In this document: one piece after another, positions 8,539-18,254 of the stretch
Numbering within the stretch: position 1 is the first letter of the stretch
Layout: every line of letters begins with the position of its first letter
Source: an uncultured Verrucomicrobiae bacterium
GTDB taxonomy: Bacteria > Verrucomicrobiota > Verrucomicrobiia > Limisphaerales > Palsa-1400
Length of the DNA: 64,000 nt
Assembly (NCBI GenBank): GCA_963707025.1
Contig: CAVPOM010000015.1
Location: 64,001 to 128,000, forward strand
Direction of reading: 5' to 3'
Notes under the pieces: model-generated
What the model saw: only the letters and a program-made list of their open reading frames with translations
Database searches by the model: none
What the model was told of the DNA's origin: nothing
Position numbers and translations under genes: made by a program

Positions 8539-10863
8539 TCAGCGCATGTTCGCGCCCATCCACTGGATGATCCGATCCTGCGTCACCTCGGGGAGGCGGT
8601 TGTAATCCCAAGGCTCATCCAGCACCAGCTTGTCCGTGGCGCTGTAAAACGAATAGACCTTCTTCGCCTGATTGACGGCGGTCTTTACGTCCGCCGGTGT
8701 GGCATCGCGGTCCAGTTCCGGTTGCAGCACGTAAACCGGCCGCGGCGCGATCGCCCCCAGCAATTCGTTGTAGTCATAAGGAAGCTGCGCTTCGTGCCCG
8801 ATGAAGAATCCCAGCCGGGGCAGCAGCGGCAGCTCCACACTGTAGCGAGCCAGGCCGCCGGTGCCTTTGGCGGCGGTGTCGGTCCGCATGGGCGTAAATC
8901 CGCAGATGGAAACCACGCCTTTGACGCGCGGGTCGAGCGCGGCGGTGTGCAGCGCGACGATCCCGCCCATCGAATAGCCGTAAAGATAGATTCGATTCGG
9001 GTCAATCATGCTGTCGTTTTGCAAGGCGTCAATGACCGCGCGCGTATCCGCGACCATCCGGCCCAATCGCGACCAGTGCGGGAAGCGATCAAAGAAAGTC
9101 TTGAACTCGTCGGTGCGGCTGCCGTGGCCGGTTTGATCAAATCCAACGACCGCATAGCCGGCCCGGACCAGCGCCAGGATGGGATGCAGGTCAGGGTTCT
9201 GGCGATAGACCCACATGTAACCCATCGGATAGCTGAACCCATGGAGCCAGATGACGGCCGGCAGCCTTGCATTCGTCGCCGTATTCGTTGGATAATACAC
9301 CTCGGCGCGCGTGCCTTCGCCAAAGGTGAAGCTGCGGTATTCGGTTCGACCCTTCTGCGGCTGGAGCCAGCCGAAGGAACTGCCCCGGCTGATGGCCCAA
9401 TCCACGACATCATCGCGCTTCCTTTGCAGGGGATCAGGCCCGGCTTTGCCACCGTCGCGGCTGCCCAGCATCCACTCCACTGATTTGCGAACCTCGGCGG
9501 ACTTCTTTTCCCAATCCGCCGCCGTTTTCACCATGCCCAGGATATCATTGTCGCCATGCGCGGGATACCCGCTCAGGTTAACCGCCTCCTGATGGTCGGT
9601 GCGCCATTTGTCGAAATCCCAAGGGAAGAGGAAATCGTTATGCCACGTTTCCTTGGACTTGCCGAACTGGATGTCCAGCCAGTTCATGGTGGCGTTCAGA
9701 TCGTTGGCGCCATGATGCCCGGGCGGGTGCAGGATGCTGTTGCGCTCCGCAACACCGAGCAATTGGTACACCTCCTCCGCCGAGTAGCAGCTCTGTTCGT
9801 TGCCGTAGATATTGCCGACCTCGTCGCTCAACCCATAGATGCTGAGAATCGAGCGGGGCGCGATGGCAGCGGCCAGCAGGTTGCCGTCAATCGGCAGGCG
9901 GTCTTCGCGGCCAGTGAAGAAGCGCAGGCGCGGAGTGAACCACGCAGGAAAGCTGCGGGTGGTGCTCTCAATCCCCTCCGCGCTGCCCCGCTCACTGGCG
10001 GATCGCCAGGGCAGCACGCCGCCCACGCCGGTGCTGCCGGCCACGCAAGCGGTGATGCGCTCATCCAGCATGGCGGCGATGGCGGCCATCTTGCCGGTGC
10101 GGGAATAGCCGGTGATGGCGATGCAGTGCCGGTCCACTTGCGGCAGCGTGTAAAGGTAATCTATGATCAATTGGGCGGTGAAGGCGGTCTGGCCCATCGT
10201 GCCAAAAGTGTAGCCGGGATAGTATTGGGCGATGTTGGGTGCGCTGGGCGGGTCCACGCTCTGGTTCATCGAGCATGCGATGTACCCGCGGCTGGTGATG
10301 CCGGGCGAACCACCAATGAGGACTGGAAATGGCCCGGTTCCGGGCGGAATGGTCAACGTGACTCGCGTTGTGATCTTGCTTTCCGGGCCATACTGCAAAT
10401 CAACGATGTTCGTGACCGATCCCGGTGCCGGTGCGCCGCCGCGTCCGCCGCCGCCGAAACCCCGTCTGCCGCCGGCGCCCGCGGTGGCGGGATCCACCGG
10501 CACAATCTTGTCGAGCTTGGGCTTGGGTGGGATTGTGCCGATGTCGTACGTTTCATATAGCTGGATGACCTCGGCGCGGCGCTCATTCCAGTCTTGCGGC
10601 GTCTTCACTTTTCGCCTTCCGTCCGCGAAGGTGAGCGGGTCCGGCAGACTGTTGAGGCGCGGCAGCGCGTCAAAATCCGGCGGCAACTCCCTGGTCTTCT
10701 CGATCCAATTGGTGAACGACTGGACTGGCGGCAGTATTTGCTGCAAGTGGTCGAGATACTGGCGGCGCTGCTCGAGGGTTGCGGACCAAAGGCAACCGGC
10801 AGACACCAGAATGGCCAGCAAGGTGCAAGAGAGTTGTTTTTGCATAACGACGAGGCGTTGCAT
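8539..10863 (-). CDS. Secreted two-domain esterase: CE15 (glucuronoyl esterase)-like plus a second alpha/beta hydrolase
   Basis: LPDPLTF...W..RRAE, nucleophile motif GYSRTGK and LPID...IAPR in the N-terminal half. Second nucleophile GYSMGG and a second IAPRP in the C-terminal half. Confidence 0.75.
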   Translation of the reverse strand: MQRLVVMQKQLSCTLLAILVSAGCLWSATLEQRRQYLDHLQQILPPVQSFTNWIEKTRELPPDFDALPRLNSLPDPLTFADGRRKVKTPQDWNERRAEVIQLYETYDIGTIPPKPKLDKIVPVDPATAGAGGRRGFGGGGRGGAPAPGSVTNIVDLQYGPESKITTRVTLTIPPGTGPFPVLIGGSPGITSRGYIACSMNQSVDPPSAPNIAQYYPGYTFGTMGQTAFTAQLIIDYLYTLPQVDRHCIAITGYSRTGKMAAIAAMLDERITACVAGSTGVGGVLPWRSASERGSAEGIESTTRSFPAWFTPRLRFFTGREDRLPIDGNLLAAAIAPRSILSIYGLSDEVGNIYGNEQSCYSAEEVYQLLGVAERNSILHPPGHHGANDLNATMNWLDIQFGKSKETWHNDFLFPWDFDKWRTDHQEAVNLSGYPAHGDNDILGMVKTAADWEKKSAEVRKSVEWMLGSRDGGKAGPDPLQRKRDDVVDWAISRGSSFGWLQPQKGRTEYRSFTFGEGTRAEVYYPTNTATNARLPAVIWLHGFSYPMGYMWVYRQNPDLHPILALVRAGYAVVGFDQTGHGSRTDEFKTFFDRFPHWSRLGRMVADTRAVIDALQNDSMIDPNRIYLYGYSMGGIVALHTAALDPRVKGVVSICGFTPMRTDTAAKGTGGLARYSVELPLLPRLGFFIGHEAQLPYDYNELLGAIAPRPVYVLQPELDRDATPADVKTAVNQAKKVYSFYSATDKLVLDEPWDYNRLPEVTQDRIIQWMGANMR

Positions 10864-11049
10864 CGGAGTCTATGCTTTCGGCAGCGCTCGTCAAGTCTCC
10901 TGCCCCGACAGTCTCCTGCTCCGTCTTCGGCGCTTGTGGCCACGCCGCTGTGCCCGCCTTGATTTGATTTGCGCGGCGCAGGCCGTCGTTCAGGGGGAGA
11001 GGCAACGGTTGAAAACATCCTCGCTGATGAAGTCCCCGGGAACGCGTAC

Positions 11050-11120
11050 GATCCATCAAGAGTTTCTTCATTTTCTCAAGCGTCTGGACGGCGAATTTCC
11101 CCACGAACCGGACCTGAATG
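11050..11120 (+). pseudogene. Very small IS630-like transposase fragment
   Basis: Peptide HQEFLHFLKRLDGEFPHEPDL resembles the IS630 DDE segment 'HQEFL.FL..LD...P'. No flanking IS sequence is recognisable. Confidence 0.35.
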
Positions 11121-11292
11121 CAGCCCTCCGCCTTTGACCAGACTTCTCGCCGCAAACGATGCGCTCGACAAACTTACGGGCAAGGGATCAACAACTTTGG
11201 ACTACCCTAAACAAGCTTGGTCATCGTTGGCTTTGTTGCCACGGCATGTTGTCACTGGCACATGATTTGACGCAAGTACTTGATAATCGAGA

Positions 11293-11327
11293 TGGCGACC
11301 CTAAGGAGAGTCGAACCCCTGCTACGG
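11293..11327 (-). mobile_element. tRNA 3'-end fragment (tRNA-Glu-like), probable att site
   Basis: Reverse complement reads GTAGC-AGGGG-TTCGACT-CTCCT-TAGGGTC-G-CCA (T-arm, acceptor strand, CCA). There is no D-arm or 5' acceptor strand. Flanked by IHF-like sites and an integrase N-terminus. Confidence 0.7.
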
Positions 11328-11428
11328 AGAAGGTGCTTTTGAAAGTCGTAAGTTGTTGATTTGCAGCATACTGAACAATAGTGAATAATAGTGATTTACA
11401 TACATTTTACATACAGTAGTATCGGGGC

Positions 11429-12412
11429 ATGGCGTGGCTTTACAAACGACCAGGATCGAAAATGTGGTGGATTGGTTGGCGCGATGGCGGCAGGCAATTC
11501 CTCCTGAGCACCAAAACCGCCGACAAATCCGCAGCCCTCAAAAAATTGCACGAGCAGGAACATCTGATGCAAATTCGCATTGATGGCCGGCTGACAGAGC
11601 AGTTCATTGAAGCGATATTGCTGAATTGCGGGGTACACTGCAAAGTTGCAAGTCTGTCGGTCTGCCAATTGGAAAGGATGGCCGTGTCCGGTGTGCGGTT
11701 CGGCCGTACCGGACGACCACAGGCCGCAACAACCCCCGGGCGCGAGACTTCATATTCGCACGGAGTGCGTGGTTTCGGCACACCACCAAAGGAAACGGCG
11801 TCGCCAGTTTTGCCGGAGAAACGGCGCCTGTATTGGTCGTGGAATTTTACGTTGGTGATCGGCGGGGAGGAATGGCCTCCCAATAAAGGGCACCACTTTG
11901 AGGATTTTCACAACGATCCCGACAAGGTTACAGCCTTGTTAAGGTGCTGCGATAGCTGGTTTAATTCAGCGATTCCAGAATATATTCAGGCCCACGTCAG
12001 GCGCAGCATCCTGGAAGAGGTGGAGAAGGTGGCTGGTCCTGGGGAAATCCCGAAGACGGAAGTGATGGTCGAACTCAATTACGAATTCAAAATATGGACG
12101 CCGGGTGAAAGGCCACTTGAATTGAAAGGCACAAAGGAACATGCGATCAAGCTGGACCGGCAACTGCGGGGTCATCTCATGGCAGTCAAATATTCTTTTG
12201 AACAAGGTATTTTCAGGTTCGCCAGAGCGCATTTCCGCCACTTGGCGGCCGGTTGGATCCAAAGACTGCCGCCGAGCGCAGCACGCGAAAATGCCTTGAG
12301 GCAAATCAAACAGGACCTGGGCCAGATAGTTGGACCAGACATGCTGGCGGAGGACGAACTCCCGCCGACCGTTCAAGACATTGAAATCGCCAATCCGGAC
12401 ATTGCTGACTAA
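11429..12412 (+). CDS. Chimeric ORF: tyrosine-integrase N-terminal arm-like segment fused to unknown sequence
   Basis: MAWLYKRPGSKMWWIGWRDGGRQFLLSTKTADKSAA resembles integrase N-termini. No R-H-R-Y catalytic motifs follow. Confidence 0.5.
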   Translation: MAWLYKRPGSKMWWIGWRDGGRQFLLSTKTADKSAALKKLHEQEHLMQIRIDGRLTEQFIEAILLNCGVHCKVASLSVCQLERMAVSGVRFGRTGRPQAATTPGRETSYSHGVRGFGTPPKETASPVLPEKRRLYWSWNFTLVIGGEEWPPNKGHHFEDFHNDPDKVTALLRCCDSWFNSAIPEYIQAHVRRSILEEVEKVAGPGEIPKTEVMVELNYEFKIWTPGERPLELKGTKEHAIKLDRQLRGHLMAVKYSFEQGIFRFARAHFRHLAAGWIQRLPPSAARENALRQIKQDLGQIVGPDMLAEDELPPTVQDIEIANPDIAD

Positions 12413-12441
12413 ACCAAATTTGTCCGCAAACCCTAATCGGC

Positions 12442-13326
12442 TTAAGCAGGGGTGGCTGGGCGGTCCTTTTTGTCGGCGTTTTGCTGGCTCAATCGGATCA
12501 TCCGGTCAATAGCGGGCTGCACCATTCGTTCGAGGGTTTCCATTACGGGATGGTATTTATAAATCTCGCCGAGAGCGTCGGCCACCGTATTGGGCTGGGG
12601 TTCCTCACGCTGTATTCGCTTATCTGCAATAACCAGAGCCTTGGCGCAAGCGACGACCGGTGCGGCAACGTCCTGATCCGCTCCATGCCGGACGCGGGTT
12701 GCTGCGGCCTCAAGTATTTCGCGTTCGAAATCCTCTCGCAATGCATCAAGGGATTGGCGGCCCCCGTTTGCCTTGACCCCGGCAAGCCGGATAACCTCCC
12801 GGGCGCCATGACGGAAACCCGCCCGCAGCAAGAGCAATCCTTCGTTATCGGTACCACTGTTGAGCCGGAGGCCATCAGGGTTCAGTAGTTGAGTGATGTA
12901 ACCAGGTTCATCCAGCCGATCCCTCGCATTGAAAAACAATTGGTCAAATATCCTGGCCGCGTCCAATGAGATCTTCATAAAGTTAGCGATACTCGCCAAG
13001 GTCACGTTTGCGGAGACCAGCAACCCCGTCAACACATTGCGCATCGTCGTATTTTGCGGCCCGGCCAAGGCCAACACCTCGTCCATTGATTCAATATAGC
13101 CTCCACGTAAATAAGCATTGGCTTCCTGAAATTCAATATTGTCAATGTCCAATGGCAGAGGTAAACCATCCTCATTGAGAGATTTGACCCAATTCCATCC
13201 AAACTTGGGGTCATTTAGGGCGAGGGCAAGCCGGCCGGCCCGGCTGCGGCCTACACCGTTCAGTCTAAAATACACAGAATCTTCCGGCAGGAATTCGACT
13301 AGCTGGGCGATATAGGCTTTGTTCAT
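12442..13326 (-). CDS. Hypothetical protein (island-associated, lower GC)
   Basis: 294-aa open frame with protein-like composition and no recognised motif. Confidence 0.6.
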   Translation of the reverse strand: MNKAYIAQLVEFLPEDSVYFRLNGVGRSRAGRLALALNDPKFGWNWVKSLNEDGLPLPLDIDNIEFQEANAYLRGGYIESMDEVLALAGPQNTTMRNVLTGLLVSANVTLASIANFMKISLDAARIFDQLFFNARDRLDEPGYITQLLNPDGLRLNSGTDNEGLLLLRAGFRHGAREVIRLAGVKANGGRQSLDALREDFEREILEAAATRVRHGADQDVAAPVVACAKALVIADKRIQREEPQPNTVADALGEIYKYHPVMETLERMVQPAIDRMIRLSQQNADKKDRPATPA

Positions 13327-13717
13327 GGATGGTAGTTTATTCTACTAGCGGATAATAGTCCAGCTACGAAGAGACTCACCTTTAAGCAGAAGGCGGTTGC
13401 ATGTGTAAACATTCTTTTATAGAAGGATTAAGTGCAGACGGACTTACTTGGGATATACCTTAGCGGACCCTGACCCGGCATTAATGTGCCAACCGGGAGC
13501 CAAAAGCGTGCTATAAACGATCCTAGCGCCAAATAGGGGCATTTTAAGGGACGGTTGGCAGATGGATGTGCCCCGGGCGGGCCATTAGGTCGAACCTCCC
13601 GGCTTTCGGACCGAACTATCCATGCTGCTTCCTCCAGCGCCTTTCGGCCGAACGCTGAGGGTCTCGGCCACTTTGATTTCGACTTGGCGCATGAATTTGA
13701 TTACCTTTCAAGCTGGC

Positions 13718-15622
13718 ATGTCCACCATCCTCGCCGCCACCGATTTGGTCATCCGCTACAACGAGCGGACGATCTTGGACGGTGCCACGCTGGGCCTGGA
13801 CGAAGGCGACCGCATCGGGTTGGTCGGACGCAACGGCTGCGGCAAGACGACGTTCCTGAGAATCCTTGCCGGCCTGCAAGCGCCAGATAGTGGGGAAGTG
13901 ACGGCCCGGGGCGAATTGGTGGTGAGTTATTTGCCGCAGGATTTCACACTGGAGGCGTCGCTGGACGTGCGTGACAATGTTCGCCGGGGGGCCTGGCGCA
14001 CGCTGGATTTGATCGCGGAATTTGAATCCTTGCCCGTCGCCTCCAAACGGCACGAGGAACTGGAGCGCCGCATTCAGGCGCTGGACGGCTGGACGCTGGA
14101 TCAACGAGTCGAAACGGCGATGTCGCATCTGAACTGCCCGCCGGGGGAACGGCGGATGGATTCCCTGTCGGGCGGCGAGCAGCGGCGTGTGGCGTTGGCC
14201 CGGGCCATTGTGTCGCGGCCGGAACTGCTCTTGCTGGACGAGCCGACGAATCATCTGGACCCGGAGTCCATCGAATGGTTGGCCGGATTTCTGGAAACTT
14301 TCCGCGGCGCGTTTCTCGTCGTCACGCACGACCGCTATTTCCTGGACCGGGTGGCCAACCGCATTGTGGAATTGTGCGAGGGAAAGTTCTTCGGCCACGC
14401 CGGCAACTATACGGATTACTTGTTGGACAAGGCCGAGCGGCAGGTGGCGGACGCGGCCATTGAGCACAAGCGCCAGATGTTCCTGAAGAAGGAACTGGCC
14501 TGGGTGCGCCAGGGTCCTCGCGCGCAGCGGAGCAAACAGAAGAACCGTTTCGAGCGTTACTACGAAACGGCTGCACAGGAGGCAACGCCTGTCGAGGAGG
14601 ACATGGAACTGGTCATTCCGCCGCCGCCGCCGCTGGGCAACCGCGTGGTGGAGTTAACGAACATTGGCATGGAACTCGGAGGCCGGAGGCTGTTCCACGG
14701 ATTCAACTTCGAGTTTGAAACTGGCCAGCGCGTGGGCGTCTGCGGAACAAACGGTGCCGGCAAAACGACTTTGCTCAAACTCATCGTCGGCCAACTTGCG
14801 CCGACCGAAGGCACGGTGAAGGCGGGCCAGCTTACCAAATTCAACTACGTGGACCAGGGACGGTTGCAATTGGACGACGAACGCACCGTTCTGGACGAGG
14901 CCGCCGATGGCACGGAGTGGGTGCAGTGGGGCCAGGCCAAAATCTCTTTGCGGAGCTACCTCAAGCGGTTTCTCTTCGCCGATGATCGCATTACAACGCA
15001 GGTGAAACATCTGTCCGGCGGCGAACGCAGCCGGCTCCTCCTGGCACGCATTTTAAAGTGCGGTGGCAACTTTCTCATTCTGGACGAGCCGACCAACGAT
15101 CTGGACCTGCCGACCTTGCGCGTGCTGGAGGAGGCGTTGATGGCGTTCCCGGGTGTGGTGTGTGTCGTGAGCCACGACCGTTATTTCCTCAACCGTGTCT
15201 GCACGGACATACTTGCGTTCGAGGGCGGCGCTATCCAGCACAGCGCTGGGGACTACGATTACTACCTGGAGAAAAAGCGGCGGGAGGCGGAGAAGGCCGC
15301 GCGCTGGACAACGGACGCAACGCCGGCAAAAGCAGCGGTGATTTCAGCTCGCCGCGCCGAACCGGGGCCCAAACCGTCCAGGCCGGGGAAGCTCTCCTTC
15401 AAGCAAACGCGTGAATTGGAAGGCATCGAGCCGCAGATTCTTGCCCTGGAGGAGAAGATTGCGCGGATTGAAAGCTTGTTTGTGTCGCCGGATTTTCATC
15501 GCACCCATGCCACCCAAACCAAAGAACTGCTCGCGGAACTGGCCGCAGCGAAAGAACAGCTGTCGCGGCTTTATGCCCGGTGGGAGGAGTTGGAGGCGCT
15601 CATGTCTGCCAACGCCAAGTGA
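13718..15622 (+). CDS. ABC-F family ATPase (Uup-like)
   Basis: Two ABC domains (GRNGCGKTT/LSGGEQRR/LLLLDEPTNHLD and GTNGAGKTT/LSGGERSR/LILDEPTNDLD), no TM segments, C-terminal coiled coil KLSFKQ...RWEELE. Probable start MSTILAA. Confidence 0.93.
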   Translation: MSTILAATDLVIRYNERTILDGATLGLDEGDRIGLVGRNGCGKTTFLRILAGLQAPDSGEVTARGELVVSYLPQDFTLEASLDVRDNVRRGAWRTLDLIAEFESLPVASKRHEELERRIQALDGWTLDQRVETAMSHLNCPPGERRMDSLSGGEQRRVALARAIVSRPELLLLDEPTNHLDPESIEWLAGFLETFRGAFLVVTHDRYFLDRVANRIVELCEGKFFGHAGNYTDYLLDKAERQVADAAIEHKRQMFLKKELAWVRQGPRAQRSKQKNRFERYYETAAQEATPVEEDMELVIPPPPPLGNRVVELTNIGMELGGRRLFHGFNFEFETGQRVGVCGTNGAGKTTLLKLIVGQLAPTEGTVKAGQLTKFNYVDQGRLQLDDERTVLDEAADGTEWVQWGQAKISLRSYLKRFLFADDRITTQVKHLSGGERSRLLLARILKCGGNFLILDEPTNDLDLPTLRVLEEALMAFPGVVCVVSHDRYFLNRVCTDILAFEGGAIQHSAGDYDYYLEKKRREAEKAARWTTDATPAKAAVISARRAEPGPKPSRPGKLSFKQTRELEGIEPQILALEEKIARIESLFVSPDFHRTHATQTKELLAELAAAKEQLSRLYARWEELEALMSANAK

Positions 15623-15828
15623 GGCAGTTGTGATATTTCCATAATGTAAAGCCCGCGCACGGGCTGGAACTAAAAGGACCATTATGGGTTGACTGGATTG
15701 GCGTTGATTGGGGCGGTTTGCGCAGCGCAGTTGATGTGGGCGGTGTGGTTGGAAGCGGCGGCGGAGTGTGCGCATTTAATGCCGGGCTGGCAATTTCATT
15801 GGAATTTAATTCGAGCGTTTATTGAAAT

Positions 15829-16382
15829 GTAAATGACTGTCCTACAGCTACTTCTGAATTAAACATTAAATCTCCAGGCGCAATTTAATTCATTATTGCC
15901 AGCATGAAATAATAATCCCCGGAAATTCGATCAAATTACAACCGTTTGCAGGGCAAAGCTTTACATTTAGATTCCATAATTAAATAAGCGCCCGGATATT
16001 CAACATTTCCCCCGGGAATGAATTCGATAAGAACCAGAAATAATAAATGTAAGGCTTTGCAGACCAGTGCTTTGCAATTAAATGCAATTCAATATGGTGG
16101 GCTGGATATTATTAGAAGTTTTTAGTGGGTGGAGAGCGGGATAAAACGAGCAGCGGGGCGGCTTGCGAGCCTCGCACTCGCGCCGTTAATCTGTCGGAAA
16201 CGCCTACAGATCACCGCAGCATGATGTATCATGTTTACAATGAGGCACTTACATATACAACGCGTCCAAAGTCGCCATCTTCTGTCGGAAATCACTACAG
16301 TTGTGGCTATTCTGCCCTGCCCGCAACCAAATTGAAATGCACGGTTATTTATTTCATAACAACCTTATCATCAATTACTTGC
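15829..16382. promoter_or_regulatory. Cluster of five 27-bp quasi-palindromic IHF-like sites (GTAA-N4-TTG-N5-CAR-N4-TTRC) in an AT-rich intergenic region
   Basis: Copies start at 15829, 15938, 16049, 16226 and 16356. Each half resembles the IHF consensus WATCAA-N4-TTR. Confidence 0.55.
16191..16300. promoter_or_regulatory. Two enhancer-like (bEBP UAS) boxes CTGTCGGAAA-N3-CTACAG
   Basis: Direct repeats at 16191-16209 and 16282-16300, both TGT-N11-ACA, upstream of a sigma54 promoter. Confidence 0.65.
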
Positions 16383-16421
16383 AAACACAATGGCCGATAA
16401 ATACATAAATAATGCTAATTA

Positions 16422-16437
16422 TGGCACACTGATTGCA
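16422..16437 (+). promoter_or_regulatory. Sigma54 (-24/-12) promoter
   Basis: TGGCAC-ACTGA-TTGCA matches the consensus and sits about 60 bp upstream of the VPDSG-CTERM gene. Confidence 0.85.
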
Positions 16438-16495
16438 TTAGATGTAGCCGTTAAAGGAGACCGCTTAACAGGCAAAGTGAGCATCATGGAAAATT

Positions 16496-17020
16496 ATGAA
16501 AATATTAAAACTTGCGTTGGTGGTTTCTGCACTGTGTGTGGCGCCTCAGGTCCGGGCGGAAGAATATAATCTAACCTATACCGGGGAATACGGCATTGAT
16601 GCGTTCGGGAACCTCGTCGTCGTCGGTGATCAAGCCGTTGGAGGATGGCTTAACGTTGCCTCGGGGGATGATGCGGGGAATTACAACTTGGTCCCCGGCA
16701 GTGGAAGCGATGCGAGCTTCATTTGGGATAGTGTCATTTATACGGGCTCCACGCCTTTCCTCGATACGACGGGTGGTCTGCAGTTTACTGATGCGGCCAC
16801 CGGTAGCGAGGTGAACATGTTCTACAATGATGGATCATGGGGTCCCGCAGGAACCTACGCCCTGTGGGGCGCTCCGCCCAGTTGGAACATGGAATCCTAT
16901 GGGACGGCCACGTTGACGCCTATGATCAGCGATCCAGTTCCAGATGGCGGCTTTACTGTTGTCCTCTTGGGCGGCGCGCTGGTCGCTCTGCAATCATTCC
17001 GACGCAAGCTGTTCTGCTGA
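16496..17020 (+). CDS. VPDSG-CTERM (PEP-CTERM-type) exosortase-sorted surface protein
   Basis: N-terminal signal peptide. C-terminal VPDGG, hydrophobic helix and RRK. Confidence 0.9.
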   Translation: MKILKLALVVSALCVAPQVRAEEYNLTYTGEYGIDAFGNLVVVGDQAVGGWLNVASGDDAGNYNLVPGSGSDASFIWDSVIYTGSTPFLDTTGGLQFTDAATGSEVNMFYNDGSWGPAGTYALWGAPPSWNMESYGTATLTPMISDPVPDGGFTVVLLGGALVALQSFRRKLFC

Positions 17021-17083
17021 AAACGCAGCCAGTCAAAGGTGAAACCGTCATTGAAATTGAATCGATAAAACTGGAGATTTCCC

Positions 17084-17467
17084 ATGAAAACTTTGAAAAG
17101 TCTGTCTCTTGACGAATCGGCAGAAAAGTGCAGGTCCGGACGCTGCATCGCCACGAATTGGCCCAACCTCATCAAGGCGGCAATGTGGCTGGAACGGCAA
17201 CGCGCTCCTGCGCGCCATTTAAAGGAACCCGATGGCCTTTCGTTCAGTGTCGGAAGGGAGAACGGGAGCATCCCCTGGGAGAAAGATGCGAAAACGGTGG
17301 AAGCATATCTTCAATCGGATTCTAGGCCGCGTACTACGAACTCGAAAGAACAGATTGCCTTCTTTTGTTTTCTGGGAGCAGCATTCGGCGCCTTGTTGTG
17401 GCTTGCATTCAATTTCCACTTCTGGGGCTCGGCATCGCCATCGGCGGCGCTTCCGGTTTCGGAGTAA
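17084..17467 (+). CDS. Hypothetical protein with C-terminal TM helix
   Basis: GGAGA RBS before ATG. Hydrophobic segment IAFFCFLGAAFGALLWLAF. Confidence 0.45.
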   Translation: MKTLKSLSLDESAEKCRSGRCIATNWPNLIKAAMWLERQRAPARHLKEPDGLSFSVGRENGSIPWEKDAKTVEAYLQSDSRPRTTNSKEQIAFFCFLGAAFGALLWLAFNFHFWGSASPSAALPVSE

Positions 17468-17719
17468 ACTGGATCAGGGCGGATCTCGCTTGGGACAAAT
17501 ATGAGTAGCCCCGGCTAGAGTAGTGGACGAATAGCACTCATGATTCTCGTTCAACTGCTATTGTGCGATGCCGCTTTCGGTTATTGAAACACAAATTTCC
17601 CGTCGCTCCAGGCGGTGCCGTCGGATCCATGCGCATTTTCAAAGCAGCGCAAACACTAAAACACCAGATCCATTGTCAACCGCCCGGATTGCATCCCGTC
17701 CTCGCCGCCGTTCACGGTC

Positions 17720-18082
17720 GTGGGCAAGAACCCAAATGGGAAATCCCGAATGACAATTAAAAATATGCCATCTCTATCTTCCGAAGACAAGAAAGAGACC
17801 CGGGGATTACTCGTGGGTGCCATGTCTCCCGAGAAGTTTATGAAGCTAATGCAGCGCTGTCCTAATCGAAAAGAATGGGGATTCTGCGGGCAGTGCAGAG
17901 TCACTGTCTGTGTTACCGAGACAGACGGGCAGACCACACAAGGAATTCTCGACAAGACCATTCTGGATTCGATTCAACTCGAAGGACATGTGCCCTTTGA
18001 TACCAAGTCTATCAGGTCAATCGAGATTGTCCCGCCCCATAATAGAGGAGTGCCCTGTTTACAGTCGTCTCTGAAATCGTAA
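17720..18082 (+). CDS. Hypothetical protein
   Basis: Open frame of about 110-120 aa with a CxxC and no recognised family. Confidence 0.4.
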   Translation: MGKNPNGKSRMTIKNMPSLSSEDKKETRGLLVGAMSPEKFMKLMQRCPNRKEWGFCGQCRVTVCVTETDGQTTQGILDKTILDSIQLEGHVPFDTKSIRSIEIVPPHNRGVPCLQSSLKS

Positions 18083-18254
18083 TCGGTATGTACCGGGACC
18101 TCTGCAAAGCGCGCGTCCACCATTGTAGCGGCGGTCTATGGCCGCCGCAATTAGGCGCGGGGCGTGCAGTTGGTCCAGGCACGTTTGGGACATCTTTAGC
18201 CAGTGTGAGGACACACAATCGTAACATTTCATCCGCGCGCGCCGAACCATGTTC

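Noticed and set aside
15780..16400. CRISPR array or integron attC cassette array
   Set aside because: The repeats are degenerate and irregularly spaced, with no cas or intI genes and no cassette ORFs between them.
17502..17530. Possible lone IS3-like terminal inverted repeat (TGAGTAGCCCCGG...GTGGAC)
   Set aside because: No partner end or transposase nearby, and the similarity is too weak to support.
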